Positions 14,083-23,494 are shown, counted from the first letter of the stretch. The stretch is DNA of 64,000 bases from Candidatus Cloacimonadales bacterium (GCA_963663475.2 CAXXJV010000001.1:2688001-2752000); one strand, 5' to 3'. Made by a program: numbers and translations. The notes: generated by a model not told the origin, from the sequence alone.

Positions 14083-14613
14083 ATGGCAGGTGTAACACCA
14101 ACTGCATTAGATACACAAGTTAGTGATTTCCAGGAACAGATAGCTGTTTTTAATCATGGTACTTGTTGGTTAGGAGATGGTTCTTTTGAGAATATTGAAG
14201 CTATACCTCCTGAGCAACTTATATCACAAAAAGCGTTTGAAGGTTTTTTAAACTCTAGTTTTGATGAGATTTCTGATCTTGGAGAAAATCCAGGTAAAGA
14301 AGAATCTAAGGTAGCTAAGTTTAAAACAACTAATTTTTTAATTGAAGGTAAGCGTTCTAACACTATCGAACTGACTTTAATAGGTCTTAATCAGGCTAGA
14401 AAAGACTGGCTTGAAAGTCAGTTAAACAAAGCAATTAGAACTATTGCTTTATGGTCAGCTGATAAAGCAAGCTGTTTAATATTCAATGGCATGAGATGGA
14501 GCTATGAGAGAAGTAATGAGTTTAATGGCTTATATACAGCTACTATAAGTACTGAATACTCAGGTCCTACTAAGGATAGGTATTTTATTATTGATTCAAT
14601 TCCTGAAGCTTAA
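14083..14613 (+). CDS. putative major tail (tube) protein
   Basis: AAGGAGG RBS; position, size and beta-rich sequence (inference). Confidence 0.5.
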   Translation: MAGVTPTALDTQVSDFQEQIAVFNHGTCWLGDGSFENIEAIPPEQLISQKAFEGFLNSSFDEISDLGENPGKEESKVAKFKTTNFLIEGKRSNTIELTLIGLNQARKDWLESQLNKAIRTIALWSADKASCLIFNGMRWSYERSNEFNGLYTATISTEYSGPTKDRYFIIDSIPEA

Positions 14614-14627
14614 ACAAGGGAGTTGAA

Positions 14628-14825
14628 ATGTCAGTATGCGAACACCACGAGAGTTTAGTAGGAGATATTAAAGATATCAAAAAGAAGTTAGATGGTAATG
14701 GAAGACCTGGGATATTAGAGAGATTAAGCAGAGTGGAAACTAAGCTAAATATAGTCATCTGGTTGAATGGGTTAATGGCTGGAATAATGATAGCCAGTGT
14801 TTTGAAACCGATAATAGGAGGATAA
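14628..14825 (+). CDS. small coiled-coil + TM protein (holin/XhlA-like)
   Basis: GNGRPGI.ERL.RVE followed by a C-terminal TM helix. Confidence 0.55.
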   Translation: MSVCEHHESLVGDIKDIKKKLDGNGRPGILERLSRVETKLNIVIWLNGLMAGIMIASVLKPIIGG

Positions 14826-14826
14826 G

Positions 14827-15234
14827 ATGAGTGAAATACTAAATCATCCTGCAGTAGTATCTGCAATAAGTGTGGTAGTAACAATGATCATTATAGGAGT
14901 AGTTTATCTGATTAGAAAGAAAATGCTTTCTATCGATAGCGTACTCCCTACTGTTCAAAGAGTAATAGAAGCGATACTGGGTGCTTCCAGGTATGAACAT
15001 CCAGCATCACAAATAGAGAAGGATATTAAGAATATTCCTTCTGCTGAAATGGCTAAATTAGCTAAGAAACTAGCAACGGATAATCCAGTGCAGAAAGTAT
15101 ATGATATAGTAACAGAACCTGCTAGGAAAGCAGGAGAACAAGATGGTTCAGGTTGGCTTAAAAACTTAGCAACTGGATTAGGTCGAACGGCTATGACTGG
15201 ACTTGCTCAAGGATTAGCTAAGAAGCTGTTTTAA
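14827..15234 (+). CDS. membrane protein, possible lysis component
   Basis: N-terminal TM helix; GGAGG RBS. Confidence 0.55.
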   Translation: MSEILNHPAVVSAISVVVTMIIIGVVYLIRKKMLSIDSVLPTVQRVIEAILGASRYEHPASQIEKDIKNIPSAEMAKLAKKLATDNPVQKVYDIVTEPARKAGEQDGSGWLKNLATGLGRTAMTGLAQGLAKKLF

Positions 15235-15241
15235 TCATGGA

Positions 15242-15270
15242 ATGCCTGCAGGATGCAGGCGTTCCCAGTA
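15242..15270 (+). repeat. palindromic repeat copy upstream of the methylase
   Basis: atgcctgcaggatgcaggcgttcccagta. Confidence 0.8.
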
Positions 15271-15275
15271 ATATA

Positions 15276-16071
15276 ATGGAGAAATAAAACTTTCGAGAGT
15301 AGTATAATAGGCTGGGTAGGTGGAAAGAGACTTTTAAGAAAAAGGATCATTCCACTTATCCCAAAACATAATTGGTACTGTGAGCCATTTGGTGGAGCAG
15401 GTTGGATTTTATTTGCGAAAAGCAATGATGCGAAAGATTGGAAAATAGAGAATAAACCGAATTACCGAGAGATATTTAATGATATTAATGGTGATTTGAT
15501 AAACTTCTGGCGATATATCAAATACCACCCAGATGCTTTTCATAAGGAGTTAGAACAATACATGGTTTCCAGAGAGCTTTTTAAAGAGATGATAGAAATG
15601 AAAGCTAGAACCGACTTAGAGAGAGCTGTATTCTTTTATTATAAGCTATCTTGCTCTTTTGGTGGATTATCTCGTTCATTTGCTTTAAGAGGTGGCTCTA
15701 ACATTATCCCTCTATTCAATAAGGATAAAGTTGATAAAGCGTCTAAAAGGCTGGCTAATGTGGTAATAGATAACCTTGGCTTTGAGAAGTTAATTACTAA
15801 GTATGACAGGGATTTTACCTTCTTCTATGTAGATCCTCCTTATTATGAGAAAGAGAAACTTTATGACAGAGATTCTGTTGATGCTTTTACTCAGCATAAG
15901 GAACTTAGAGAGCTTCTTGGCAAGGTAAAAGGCAAATGGTTACTCTCTTATAATGATCATCCTAAAGTAAGAGAATTATACAAAGGTTATGATATCCAGG
16001 AGGCTGAAACACTTTATTCTCTATCAGGGAAAACACTACCAAAGACAGAGATTCTGATAAAGAACTATTAA
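15276..16071 (+). pseudogene. dam: Dam/D12-class DNA adenine methyltransferase with +1 frame break after codon 3 (pseudogene, recoding or sequence error)
   Basis: frame from 15277 encodes IIGWVGGKRLL, YCEPFGGAG, NDINGDL, FYVDPPY but has no ATG/GTG/TTG until 15496; ATG GAG AAA TAA at 15276 is one base out of frame. Confidence 0.75.
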
Positions 16072-16115
16072 ACAAGGGCAGACTACGGTCTGCTTCATCT
16101 CTTAGGGAGAAAGCA

Positions 16116-16565
16116 ATGATGAGACACATTAAAGCTGAATATAAAGAATTAGTTAGAAAGATGTTAGTAAAGCATGAAGGACTAAAACTTAAGCCTTACC
16201 GCTGTACTACAGGCAAGCTAACTATTGGGGTTGGTCGCAATCTACAGGATAATGGGATAAGTGAAGAAGAAGCTTATCTAATGTTAGAGCATGATATTGA
16301 TAGTGTGATTAAAGTTCTTAAAGCAAGATATGACTGGTTTGAGAAACTTAATGCTGTTAGAAAGGCTGTTGTTATTGATATGGCTTTTAACTTAGGAATA
16401 CCAAGATTTGGAGCATTTAAGAAGACAATTGCTTTGATAGAGTCTGAAGACTTTGATGAAGCTAGTAAAGAGATGCTTAGATCAAAATGGGCTGTGCAGG
16501 TAGGTTATAGAGCTAAAGAACTATCTGAGATGATGAAAAGTGGAGAATATAAGGAGATAAGATGA
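16116..16565 (+). CDS. phage lysozyme (T4-like/GH24 endolysin)
   Basis: HEGLKLKPYRCTTGKLTIGVGRNL, DMAFNLG, EML.SKWA.QVG.RA. Confidence 0.9.
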   Translation: MMRHIKAEYKELVRKMLVKHEGLKLKPYRCTTGKLTIGVGRNLQDNGISEEEAYLMLEHDIDSVIKVLKARYDWFEKLNAVRKAVVIDMAFNLGIPRFGAFKKTIALIESEDFDEASKEMLRSKWAVQVGYRAKELSEMMKSGEYKEIR

Positions 16566-16882
16566 AGGTATATACAAATATTAATACTTTGGTTAAGGTA
16601 AAGAGATTGTTAGATGAAGTAGGTTTGAATGGTGTTCTTGATGGAGAAGCTAAAGCCAATAAGAACTTAGATGAACTGTTAAATGATTTGCTAACAGGTG
16701 GAAAAGCTATTGAATTCTTACAAACAATTACCAGAAACAATGATGTTGATTTTGGAGAAATGGAGCCTGAGGAGGTGCAACAACTTGTATCAGATTTTTT
16801 TACAGGTATCATCAAGTTCTTACCAGAATCAGTAATCAAGAAAATGGGGATTCTAACAAAAACACAGGGAATGTCTTCTTAG
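16562..16882 (+). CDS. tail assembly chaperone (lambda gpG-like); -1 frameshift product extends to 16983
   Basis: upstream of tape measure; T TTT TTT at 16795-16801; -1 frame open to TAG 16981-16983. Confidence 0.7.
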   Translation: MKVYTNINTLVKVKRLLDEVGLNGVLDGEAKANKNLDELLNDLLTGGKAIEFLQTITRNNDVDFGEMEPEEVQQLVSDFFTGIIKFLPESVIKKMGILTKTQGMSS

Positions 16883-16987
16883 ACTATATCTATATGCTTA
16901 AAAGATTGGGTTTGTGGTATGATGATATTGAGCTTGATGAAGCTGTTTATCTGTTGAGTAAATATAGAGATGAAAGCAAGTAGGAAG

Positions 16988-17191
16988 TTATTTTTGATGA
17001 GATTCATCAAGAGATATGTTGATATGATAGGTCTTTGTTTTAGTTATATTCTCAGCTTTCTTTTTAGATTGAGGATATCTTCCCAAATCTTGAAGCCAGG
17101 TAATTGGTTTACCCCATTTAGCAGGGATAAAAATAATAATGAAAAGTGCTATAATTGGCACAATAACAGACAGAACTTCATTAAAAGTCAT
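16988..17191 (-). CDS. small antisense-oriented membrane protein
   Basis: GAGGTG RBS before ATG 17191; N-terminal TM helix. Confidence 0.55.
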   Translation of the reverse strand: MTFNEVLSVIVPIIALFIIIFIPAKWGKPITWLQDLGRYPQSKKKAENITKTKTYHINISLDESHQK

Positions 17192-17232
17192 AATTTTCAC
17201 CTCACATAGAAAAAATAAGAAGAAGGTAAGAA

Positions 17233-20160
17233 ATGTCAAATAGTAATTTAAAATTCAGTTTGATGATTGATATAGATAAGGCTCGTAGAGCTATCTCTGT
17301 AATACAAAGTGAGATAAGTGATGTTCGAAAATCATTGGGTAATAATGTTAAGCTGGATATTGATGTAAGTGAGGCTGAAAGCAATCTTGACGATCTTGAT
17401 GGTAAGACTGTTAGTGTTGACGGTGATGCTTCAGGAGTAGTTGATTCTGCTTCTGATGCCCAGGGAGCCATTGAAGAAGTTCCTGATGAAAAAGAGACCA
17501 AGTTTGTGGGCGATGGTCAGCCACTTATTCAGACTATGAGCCAGATAACTTTAGCATTAGGTGGATTATCAATGCTGTACGGTAAAGTCAAATCCGCATT
17601 AGGTGGGTATGTGAGTGCTTCTTATACTCAAGAAAAGGCAGAGTTAGACATTATAAATGCTATGAGAGTTAAAGGTACTGCTACTGAAAAGAATGTTGAT
17701 TTAGTTATGAAATTAGCTAGCGAGACTCAAAAGCTAACTACTGTAGGTGATGAGGAAAGTATGCAACTTCTTACTCTTGCAACTAATATGGGGCTTGCTA
17801 CAGATAAGATGGAAGAAGCTTTACAAGGTTCAATAGGATTGGCTACAGCTTTTGCATCTGCAGGACTTAGCAGAGAGACTGCCATGAAAGGAATAGCTCT
17901 TGCTTATGAAGGTGAGTTTACTCAACTCCAGAGATATATCCCTGCATTGCAGAGTGCTAAAGATGAAACTGAGAAGATGGCTATATTACAAAAAGCTATG
18001 GCCGATGGTTTCGAGTTATCTAAAGCAGAGACAGAAAGCGGTTCAGGTGCAATGGTTCAATATCAAAACTTAGTAGGTGATCTGAGAGAGAAAGTTGGTG
18101 ATTTTATAAATCAAGCTCTAACTCCTTTAATAAAGGTCCTTACTAAAGTCGTTAGCTTCTTGAATGATTACCCAGGTCTTGTAAAAGTGTTAATATCTGT
18201 ATTAGGCGTACTTGCTGTTAGGATAGCATATCTTACAACAAAACAAATAGCCCTAAATGCAGCTAAGGCTGTTGGGGTTGCTTTAACTGGTAATTGGGTT
18301 TCACTTGTAGCAGCTGCTGCAATTGGTGTAGGACTTTATGCCTCTTCAGTAGTATTTGCTGAAGAAAAACAGACTAATTTTAATGAAGCTATTGATGAGT
18401 CTAACAGAGGTATAGAGAATCAAGAGGAGAGGTTTAAAAGACTTACAAAAGAGGCTAGAGCTTATGCCGATACATTAGATTATGCAACAGCTAAGAAAGA
18501 TTTGCAAGATATTAGTGAATCTATAGATAAGCTTTATGCTTCGGTAGGAGCTGATAGAGATAGTGATATAATATACTTTCCTAATGATGATGCTGATGAA
18601 TTCTACAATAAACTGAATGAACTGGAAGCCAAAGAAGCGGTATTAAAACAAAAGATAAGAGATGCTGATGTTCAAGCTACAAGAGATTATTTTGCTGAGA
18701 AGGAACGTCTGCAGTATGAGGCAAGTCTTTCAGGTATAGAACTCTACCAGTATAAGATAAGTCAGCTACAATCTGAATATGATGCTCTTGGAAAGCTTGA
18801 TGCTGAAAATGCTGAAGCTAAATTAGATTTAGACAGACAGATGTTAGTATATAAAAAACAAATTGCTGATGAAGAAAAGCGAATCAAATCAGAGGCACAA
18901 GTTGCAGAAAGCATAGAGGAAGAAAAGTCTAAGCAAGCTTTGCTTGATTCTCTCAATACTAAGAAGTTAGAGATGGTTCAATATTATGCTAACCTTCAGC
19001 AATTATCAGCTATAAGCTATGATAAAATGAAAGCTGACTTTGCTAACTACCTTAAAGAAGTAAAAGAAGCTTATGGAGAAGAAAGCCAGGAGTATCAAAC
19101 TACAAGAGATGAATTAGAAAGCATTCAGAAAGCAAGCCAGATGAGGATGATTCAGGAGAAAGGGAACTTTATTTCTAGAATTAATGCTTTAGATTCAGAT
19201 TCAAACTCAAAGCTCTTAAATCAATATGAAAACTTAATGGCTGAGCTTAAAAGACTATATAAAGAAGATAGTGATGAATATGAGAAGTATAGAGATAAAA
19301 TTAATCAGTTGTCTTCTGAAGAAGCTCTATCAAAATTTGATGAAGAAGATGATGGGCTTGAGGATAAGATAAAGAAAATCAAAAAGTATTATGACTTAAA
19401 TCATGATTGGCTTATTGAATCAGGTAAAACAGAAGTTGAAATTGAAGAAGCCAAAAGTAAAGCTATCCTTGCTGTAAGAGTTCAACAACTCCAAAGCTCT
19501 GTAGCAATAGGTGCAAAGCTGATGAATGCTTATCAAGGTCAATCTAAATCACTATTTTCAATTGGTAAAGGCTTATCAATAGCACAAGCAACAATAAGTG
19601 GTTTCGAGGCTGCAGCTAGAGCATTTAAAGATTATCCTTTCCCATTCAATATGATTGTTGCAGCCACTCAGGGAGCTCTAGTAGTTGCAGAAATTAGCAA
19701 AATTAAAAACACAAAATATATTCCTAAGGCAGAAAAGGGTGGTCTAGCAGGTTTGCTTGCAGGACCTTCACATGCTAAGGGAGGTATTTTGATTGAAGCT
19801 GAAGGGGATGAGTTTATTACTAGAAAGCAGAGAGTTAGAGAACTTGGTGTGCCATTCTTTGAATTCTTGAATAATGCACCAATTAATAAGGTTAAAGAGG
19901 CTTTAACTGGAATACAATTACCAACGATGAATATCCCTGCTGTTCCTAAAGTAGCATACGCTTCTGGTGGTTTAGTATCTTCAAACAATTCTTTCATTAA
20001 TGATCTAATCACTGAAATCAGATCTTTAAGACAAGAATTTAGAGAAAAGAATATGACTGTAAATAACTACATCTCTGCCAATGAAGTAATTGATAAGGCT
20101 GATAGTGCTAAATTTAATGAAAAGAATGAAGAAGGAAGTATTGTGAGGAGCAGATGGTAG
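17233..20160 (+). CDS. tail tape measure protein
   Basis: 975 aa Ala-rich/coiled coil; Q..T..GDE motif; C-terminal GPSH..GG..IEAEG.EFI and YASGGLV. Confidence 0.88.
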   Translation: MSNSNLKFSLMIDIDKARRAISVIQSEISDVRKSLGNNVKLDIDVSEAESNLDDLDGKTVSVDGDASGVVDSASDAQGAIEEVPDEKETKFVGDGQPLIQTMSQITLALGGLSMLYGKVKSALGGYVSASYTQEKAELDIINAMRVKGTATEKNVDLVMKLASETQKLTTVGDEESMQLLTLATNMGLATDKMEEALQGSIGLATAFASAGLSRETAMKGIALAYEGEFTQLQRYIPALQSAKDETEKMAILQKAMADGFELSKAETESGSGAMVQYQNLVGDLREKVGDFINQALTPLIKVLTKVVSFLNDYPGLVKVLISVLGVLAVRIAYLTTKQIALNAAKAVGVALTGNWVSLVAAAAIGVGLYASSVVFAEEKQTNFNEAIDESNRGIENQEERFKRLTKEARAYADTLDYATAKKDLQDISESIDKLYASVGADRDSDIIYFPNDDADEFYNKLNELEAKEAVLKQKIRDADVQATRDYFAEKERLQYEASLSGIELYQYKISQLQSEYDALGKLDAENAEAKLDLDRQMLVYKKQIADEEKRIKSEAQVAESIEEEKSKQALLDSLNTKKLEMVQYYANLQQLSAISYDKMKADFANYLKEVKEAYGEESQEYQTTRDELESIQKASQMRMIQEKGNFISRINALDSDSNSKLLNQYENLMAELKRLYKEDSDEYEKYRDKINQLSSEEALSKFDEEDDGLEDKIKKIKKYYDLNHDWLIESGKTEVEIEEAKSKAILAVRVQQLQSSVAIGAKLMNAYQGQSKSLFSIGKGLSIAQATISGFEAAARAFKDYPFPFNMIVAATQGALVVAEISKIKNTKYIPKAEKGGLAGLLAGPSHAKGGILIEAEGDEFITRKQRVRELGVPFFEFLNNAPINKVKEALTGIQLPTMNIPAVPKVAYASGGLVSSNNSFINDLITEIRSLRQEFREKNMTVNNYISANEVIDKADSAKFNEKNEEGSIVRSRW

Positions 20161-21548
20161 ATTATAGAGTAGAGTTTATTAGAGCTGAATTTGGCTTTAA
20201 TCCTGTAGTTTATAACTTCAATACTGGTTTAGTTAATATAGAATACTCCCCTCAGAAGGTAGCTATCAATAACAACTTTGACCAGGAACCTGATAGAGTT
20301 GAAATTGAGATTATCCTGGATGATTGGCTTAAGGCTAACTTGGTTAATGGACTTGAAGTTAGAAATGCTATTAGTAGCTATGATATTAAGGTTTATAGGG
20401 GTAATATCCTTGATTTTAGAGGTGCTGTGCTTTTAGAGGGACTTGGATTTAAACATCCTGATAAAGTGCTTAAATTTAAGGCTTATTCCTATTCATATTT
20501 GCTGAGTTTAGAAAAGGACACTACTTACTTCCCTGCTAATAGGACTTTAGATCTTATCATGAGTGGGATAAGTCAGAAGGTAGCTGAAAGGTATAACAGA
20601 ACTTCTAACTTCCTAGATAAAAACATTATCTATAATAATACTGAGCTGACTGATTATCCTTTCTATGAGATAGCCTCCTTTTATGAGACTGCCTGCTTAG
20701 AAAGGACTTCAGATATTGGTTATGACAGCTATACTCTTCCTTTTCACAATGATGCTATAATAATTAAGTTTAGGAGGATTGATTGGGTTATCACAGAAAG
20801 AGATGTACTTAATCAAGGAGATAACGACTATACTTTATTAATGAGGAGTTTTGTTGCTGAAATATCAAATAAAGTCTGTATTGATATGGATATCCAGAGT
20901 GAGAAGATTGGAGTTTATTCTTCTCTTGATAGTGCTAGAAACGCTATTGAAACAGCTAAAGAAGATTATCCTGAACACTATGAAGACACTTCTTGGATTG
21001 GCAGGAGAGAGTATTCCTTCCTTGAGATATACGGAACAACTTATAAGGTTGCTTCTGATAACAGAACTCTTACAATTTCAGGCAAGGTATTTCCAACTTC
21101 TTTAATCCTAAAATCTGATAATAGAAAGTATCTTACTGCCTTAAAATGCTTCCTGGTAATTCATAACTTCACTATTATCAAAAGAGAGGCTGATGGCTTC
21201 TTAAGGATAGTCAGGAACCACTGGGGTAATACTGATCATGGAGATCTAACAAGTGATGTAACTGAATGTGAGGAGATTAGAAATTTTAAGCAGATAGTAC
21301 CAGATTTTAGCTGTTTAGATGCTCTTTACAACTCTGCTGAACCTTTAAAAATTCTCTTAACTGACTATTATACTTCAATTGCTAATAAAGCAATCAAATA
21401 TAAGCTTAAAATAGATGATATAAACAAGAATAACCTGTCTGTCTTTGATATAATAAGAGTTAAGGAAGAACAGTTATTCCTTACAGAGCTTAAAAGAGAT
21501 TATGTCAAAGATGAATACCAGGCAATAGCATGGAGGACTAATGTATAA
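20154..21548 (+). CDS. putative tail tip/hub protein
   Basis: overlaps tape measure stop; position only. Confidence 0.55.
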   Translation: MVDYRVEFIRAEFGFNPVVYNFNTGLVNIEYSPQKVAINNNFDQEPDRVEIEIILDDWLKANLVNGLEVRNAISSYDIKVYRGNILDFRGAVLLEGLGFKHPDKVLKFKAYSYSYLLSLEKDTTYFPANRTLDLIMSGISQKVAERYNRTSNFLDKNIIYNNTELTDYPFYEIASFYETACLERTSDIGYDSYTLPFHNDAIIIKFRRIDWVITERDVLNQGDNDYTLLMRSFVAEISNKVCIDMDIQSEKIGVYSSLDSARNAIETAKEDYPEHYEDTSWIGRREYSFLEIYGTTYKVASDNRTLTISGKVFPTSLILKSDNRKYLTALKCFLVIHNFTIIKREADGFLRIVRNHWGNTDHGDLTSDVTECEEIRNFKQIVPDFSCLDALYNSAEPLKILLTDYYTSIANKAIKYKLKIDDINKNNLSVFDIIRVKEEQLFLTELKRDYVKDEYQAIAWRTNV

Positions 21549-21984
21549 TAAAGAAGTAAGATTTATCAGAATAGCTTCCAGTGTTTCAATGCTTACCTTA
21601 GAACATGCTGAAGTAGATTATTCTCCCCATAAGAAGTACTTAATTGATAAGACTAATGCCTATGATCCTACAATAATGATTAGGAGAGAGCCTTATTATG
21701 AAGATAGCTTTAAAGTTGATGCTATTCTAAATACTGATCAATATAACGAGCTTAAGGACTACCTAATGGAAGAAGGGAAACTGTATATAGAATATTATGA
21801 TGAGACTGGTAAGAAGCAATTCCCTGTGATTATAGAGAAATACCCTAGTCAAGTTGATGACTTAAGATACTTTACTGAAGTAACAAGAATTGAATTAAAA
21901 GCAATATATAAAGAACTATCTCCTATTAACTATGATGAGGCTCCTGGGTGGGGTAATTCATGGGGTTTAAGCTGGGGATTCTAA
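21541..21984 (+). CDS. putative distal tail protein ending GWGNSWGLSWGF
   Basis: GGAGG RBS; position; WG-repeat tail. Confidence 0.5.
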   Translation: MYNKEVRFIRIASSVSMLTLEHAEVDYSPHKKYLIDKTNAYDPTIMIRREPYYEDSFKVDAILNTDQYNELKDYLMEEGKLYIEYYDETGKKQFPVIIEKYPSQVDDLRYFTEVTRIELKAIYKELSPINYDEAPGWGNSWGLSWGF

Positions 21985-21996
21985 AAGGAGGATAAT

Positions 21997-22734
21997 ATGA
22001 CTGAGACAACTAATTATGGCTTAAAAAAGCCTGCTGAAGGCTCTTCTGGATGGGCTAATGATGTGAACGGAAACTTTGATGCGATTGATTCTAAAATGAA
22101 AGCTAATGAAGGGATTGGAGATGCTTTAAGTGAGCATTTATCAGGTACTCCAAGTAAGCATACTGCAGAACAAATAGATTCTCAAACTGCTGATGCATTG
22201 GTAAATGATAGTTTGGAAAGTCTGTTATTAGCTATTGTCGGGACTACTAACCCTGGTGAATTTACTAGGAATTTGAAGGATTTGAGTGATCATTTATTTA
22301 CTGGAGGACACTCGGCTAATTCAATATTATGTAGTTATGGTCAATGGGGTCTATCATATGGAAGTAATGTTTATCAGTTATTGGATTTGATATTTGGAAG
22401 AATGCCTTATATGTATGATTTGAGATATGTAGCAGATAATACTTCTGTTGATATTAATGAAAGCGTATTAAAGAATTTTGCTTATCTTCGCTCAGATTTA
22501 CGAGGATCTGTATCCACTGGCTTAGCAATCCAAATTCTTAAAGATGAAGGTGACTTCTATGTTCAGGAAAACACCATCACTACTAAGATATATAAGAAAA
22601 TAGAAGACTATGCTGGTATTACTAAAGAGCATTTGGATAAGATTAATATAGGTGGTTTAACGGTTGGTTCTACCTATAAAATTATTGTATGGTTTAAGAG
22701 AATTGATGCTTCAGGACCTGAAGATCCATTATAA
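21997..22734 (+). CDS. putative tail fibre/receptor-binding protein (last phage gene)
   Basis: N-terminal T.NYGL.KP......W...N.NFD.ID typical of tail-fibre anchors. Confidence 0.55.
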   Translation: MTETTNYGLKKPAEGSSGWANDVNGNFDAIDSKMKANEGIGDALSEHLSGTPSKHTAEQIDSQTADALVNDSLESLLLAIVGTTNPGEFTRNLKDLSDHLFTGGHSANSILCSYGQWGLSYGSNVYQLLDLIFGRMPYMYDLRYVADNTSVDINESVLKNFAYLRSDLRGSVSTGLAIQILKDEGDFYVQENTITTKIYKKIEDYAGITKEHLDKINIGGLTVGSTYKIIVWFKRIDASGPEDPL

Positions 22735-22746
22735 TATTTTATTAAA

Positions 22747-22910
22747 AGTCTGCAAAATTAAATGAGAAATTTCTCTTCTTTTTTTGCAGACTTTTATTTT
22801 TTTACATTCATTTTAAACAATTTCTCATTTATTCTTGCGGACTATTAGAATAGGATTTAACTACTTTTCTCTTTTTTTCTTGCGGATTTTCTCTTTTATT
22901 TTTGCGGATA
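22747..22910. repeat. five 22-bp putative transposase-binding sites of the prophage right end
   Basis: TTCTC-N8/9-TTGCRGA at 22771, 22822, 22867, 22889 (last two abutting) and an inverted copy at 22747-22768. Confidence 0.75.
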
Positions 22911-22986
22911 TTAAAAATTTCAAACTTAATTTTCAGCCCTATTAGCAGTCTTAATCTCCAAAAAATAAAAATGCTAATAATAATTC

Positions 22987-23014
22987 TTGACAGTTTTGAA
23001 CCATTGTTCATTAT
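22987..23014 (+). promoter_or_regulatory. sigma70-like promoter with TGAAC-N4-GTTCA palindrome
   Basis: TTGACA 22987, CATTAT 23009, palindrome 22997-23010. Confidence 0.5.
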
Positions 23015-23039
23015 GGCACTATAAAATTTAGGAGTTAAT

Positions 23040-23486
23040 ATGCCCAGACCGAAAATTAAACGTATGGTGGCCAGTCCTCCTCGTTTCAATAGTTTTAAAC
23101 CTGTTGGTGTGCGAAGAAGTAACCTAGAAAAAATAGTGATTAGTTTAGATGAAATAGAAGCTATCAAACTAGCTAATTATGATAAGCTAGGACAGCAAGA
23201 AGCATCTGAAGAGATGAGTGTTTCTCGTCCTACTTTTACTAGACTTCTAGACAGTGCTCAGCAGAAGATAGCTGATTTCTTAATCAATGGGAAAGAGCTA
23301 GTTATTGAAGGAGGAAATATTCACTTTAGAGAGAATTTTTATGAATGCCTTGATTGTGGGCATAAGTTCAAAATAGATATAGAAATCGATGTAAAACAAT
23401 GTCCTTCATGTGGTTCTAACAACCTACTTGATTTTGCTGGCAGATTTGGCCATGGTAGATGTTGTCGCAGAAGAGGACGTAAATAG
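23040..23486 (+). CDS. DUF134 DNA-binding protein with Zn ribbon
   Basis: MPRPK..R.V...P....FKP.G, E.EAI.L.....L.Q.EA...M.VSRPTF.R.L..A..KIA. Confidence 0.88.
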   Translation: MPRPKIKRMVASPPRFNSFKPVGVRRSNLEKIVISLDEIEAIKLANYDKLGQQEASEEMSVSRPTFTRLLDSAQQKIADFLINGKELVIEGGNIHFRENFYECLDCGHKFKIDIEIDVKQCPSCGSNNLLDFAGRFGHGRCCRRRGRK

Positions 23487-23494
23487 GAGGAGAA

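Larger units (their letters stand above)
1..22922. mobile_element. Mu-like transposable prophage, right portion (left end, transposase and repressor lie outside the window)
   Basis: DUF935-type portal, MuF, gpG-like, gp36 (DUF1320)-like, gp37-like and DUF1804-like terS genes; terL, ClpP, capsid, lysozyme, tape measure; clustered 22-bp repeats at 22747-22910, then host genes. Exact end base uncertain. Confidence 0.88.

Noticed and set aside
20154-22734. Diversity-generating retroelement or invertible tail-fibre cassette
   Set aside because: No reverse transcriptase, TR/VR pair, invertase or inverted crossover sites seen in the window.
22829-23167. Minus-strand 112-aa ORF
   Set aside because: Antisense to the DUF134 gene and runs through the phage end repeats.
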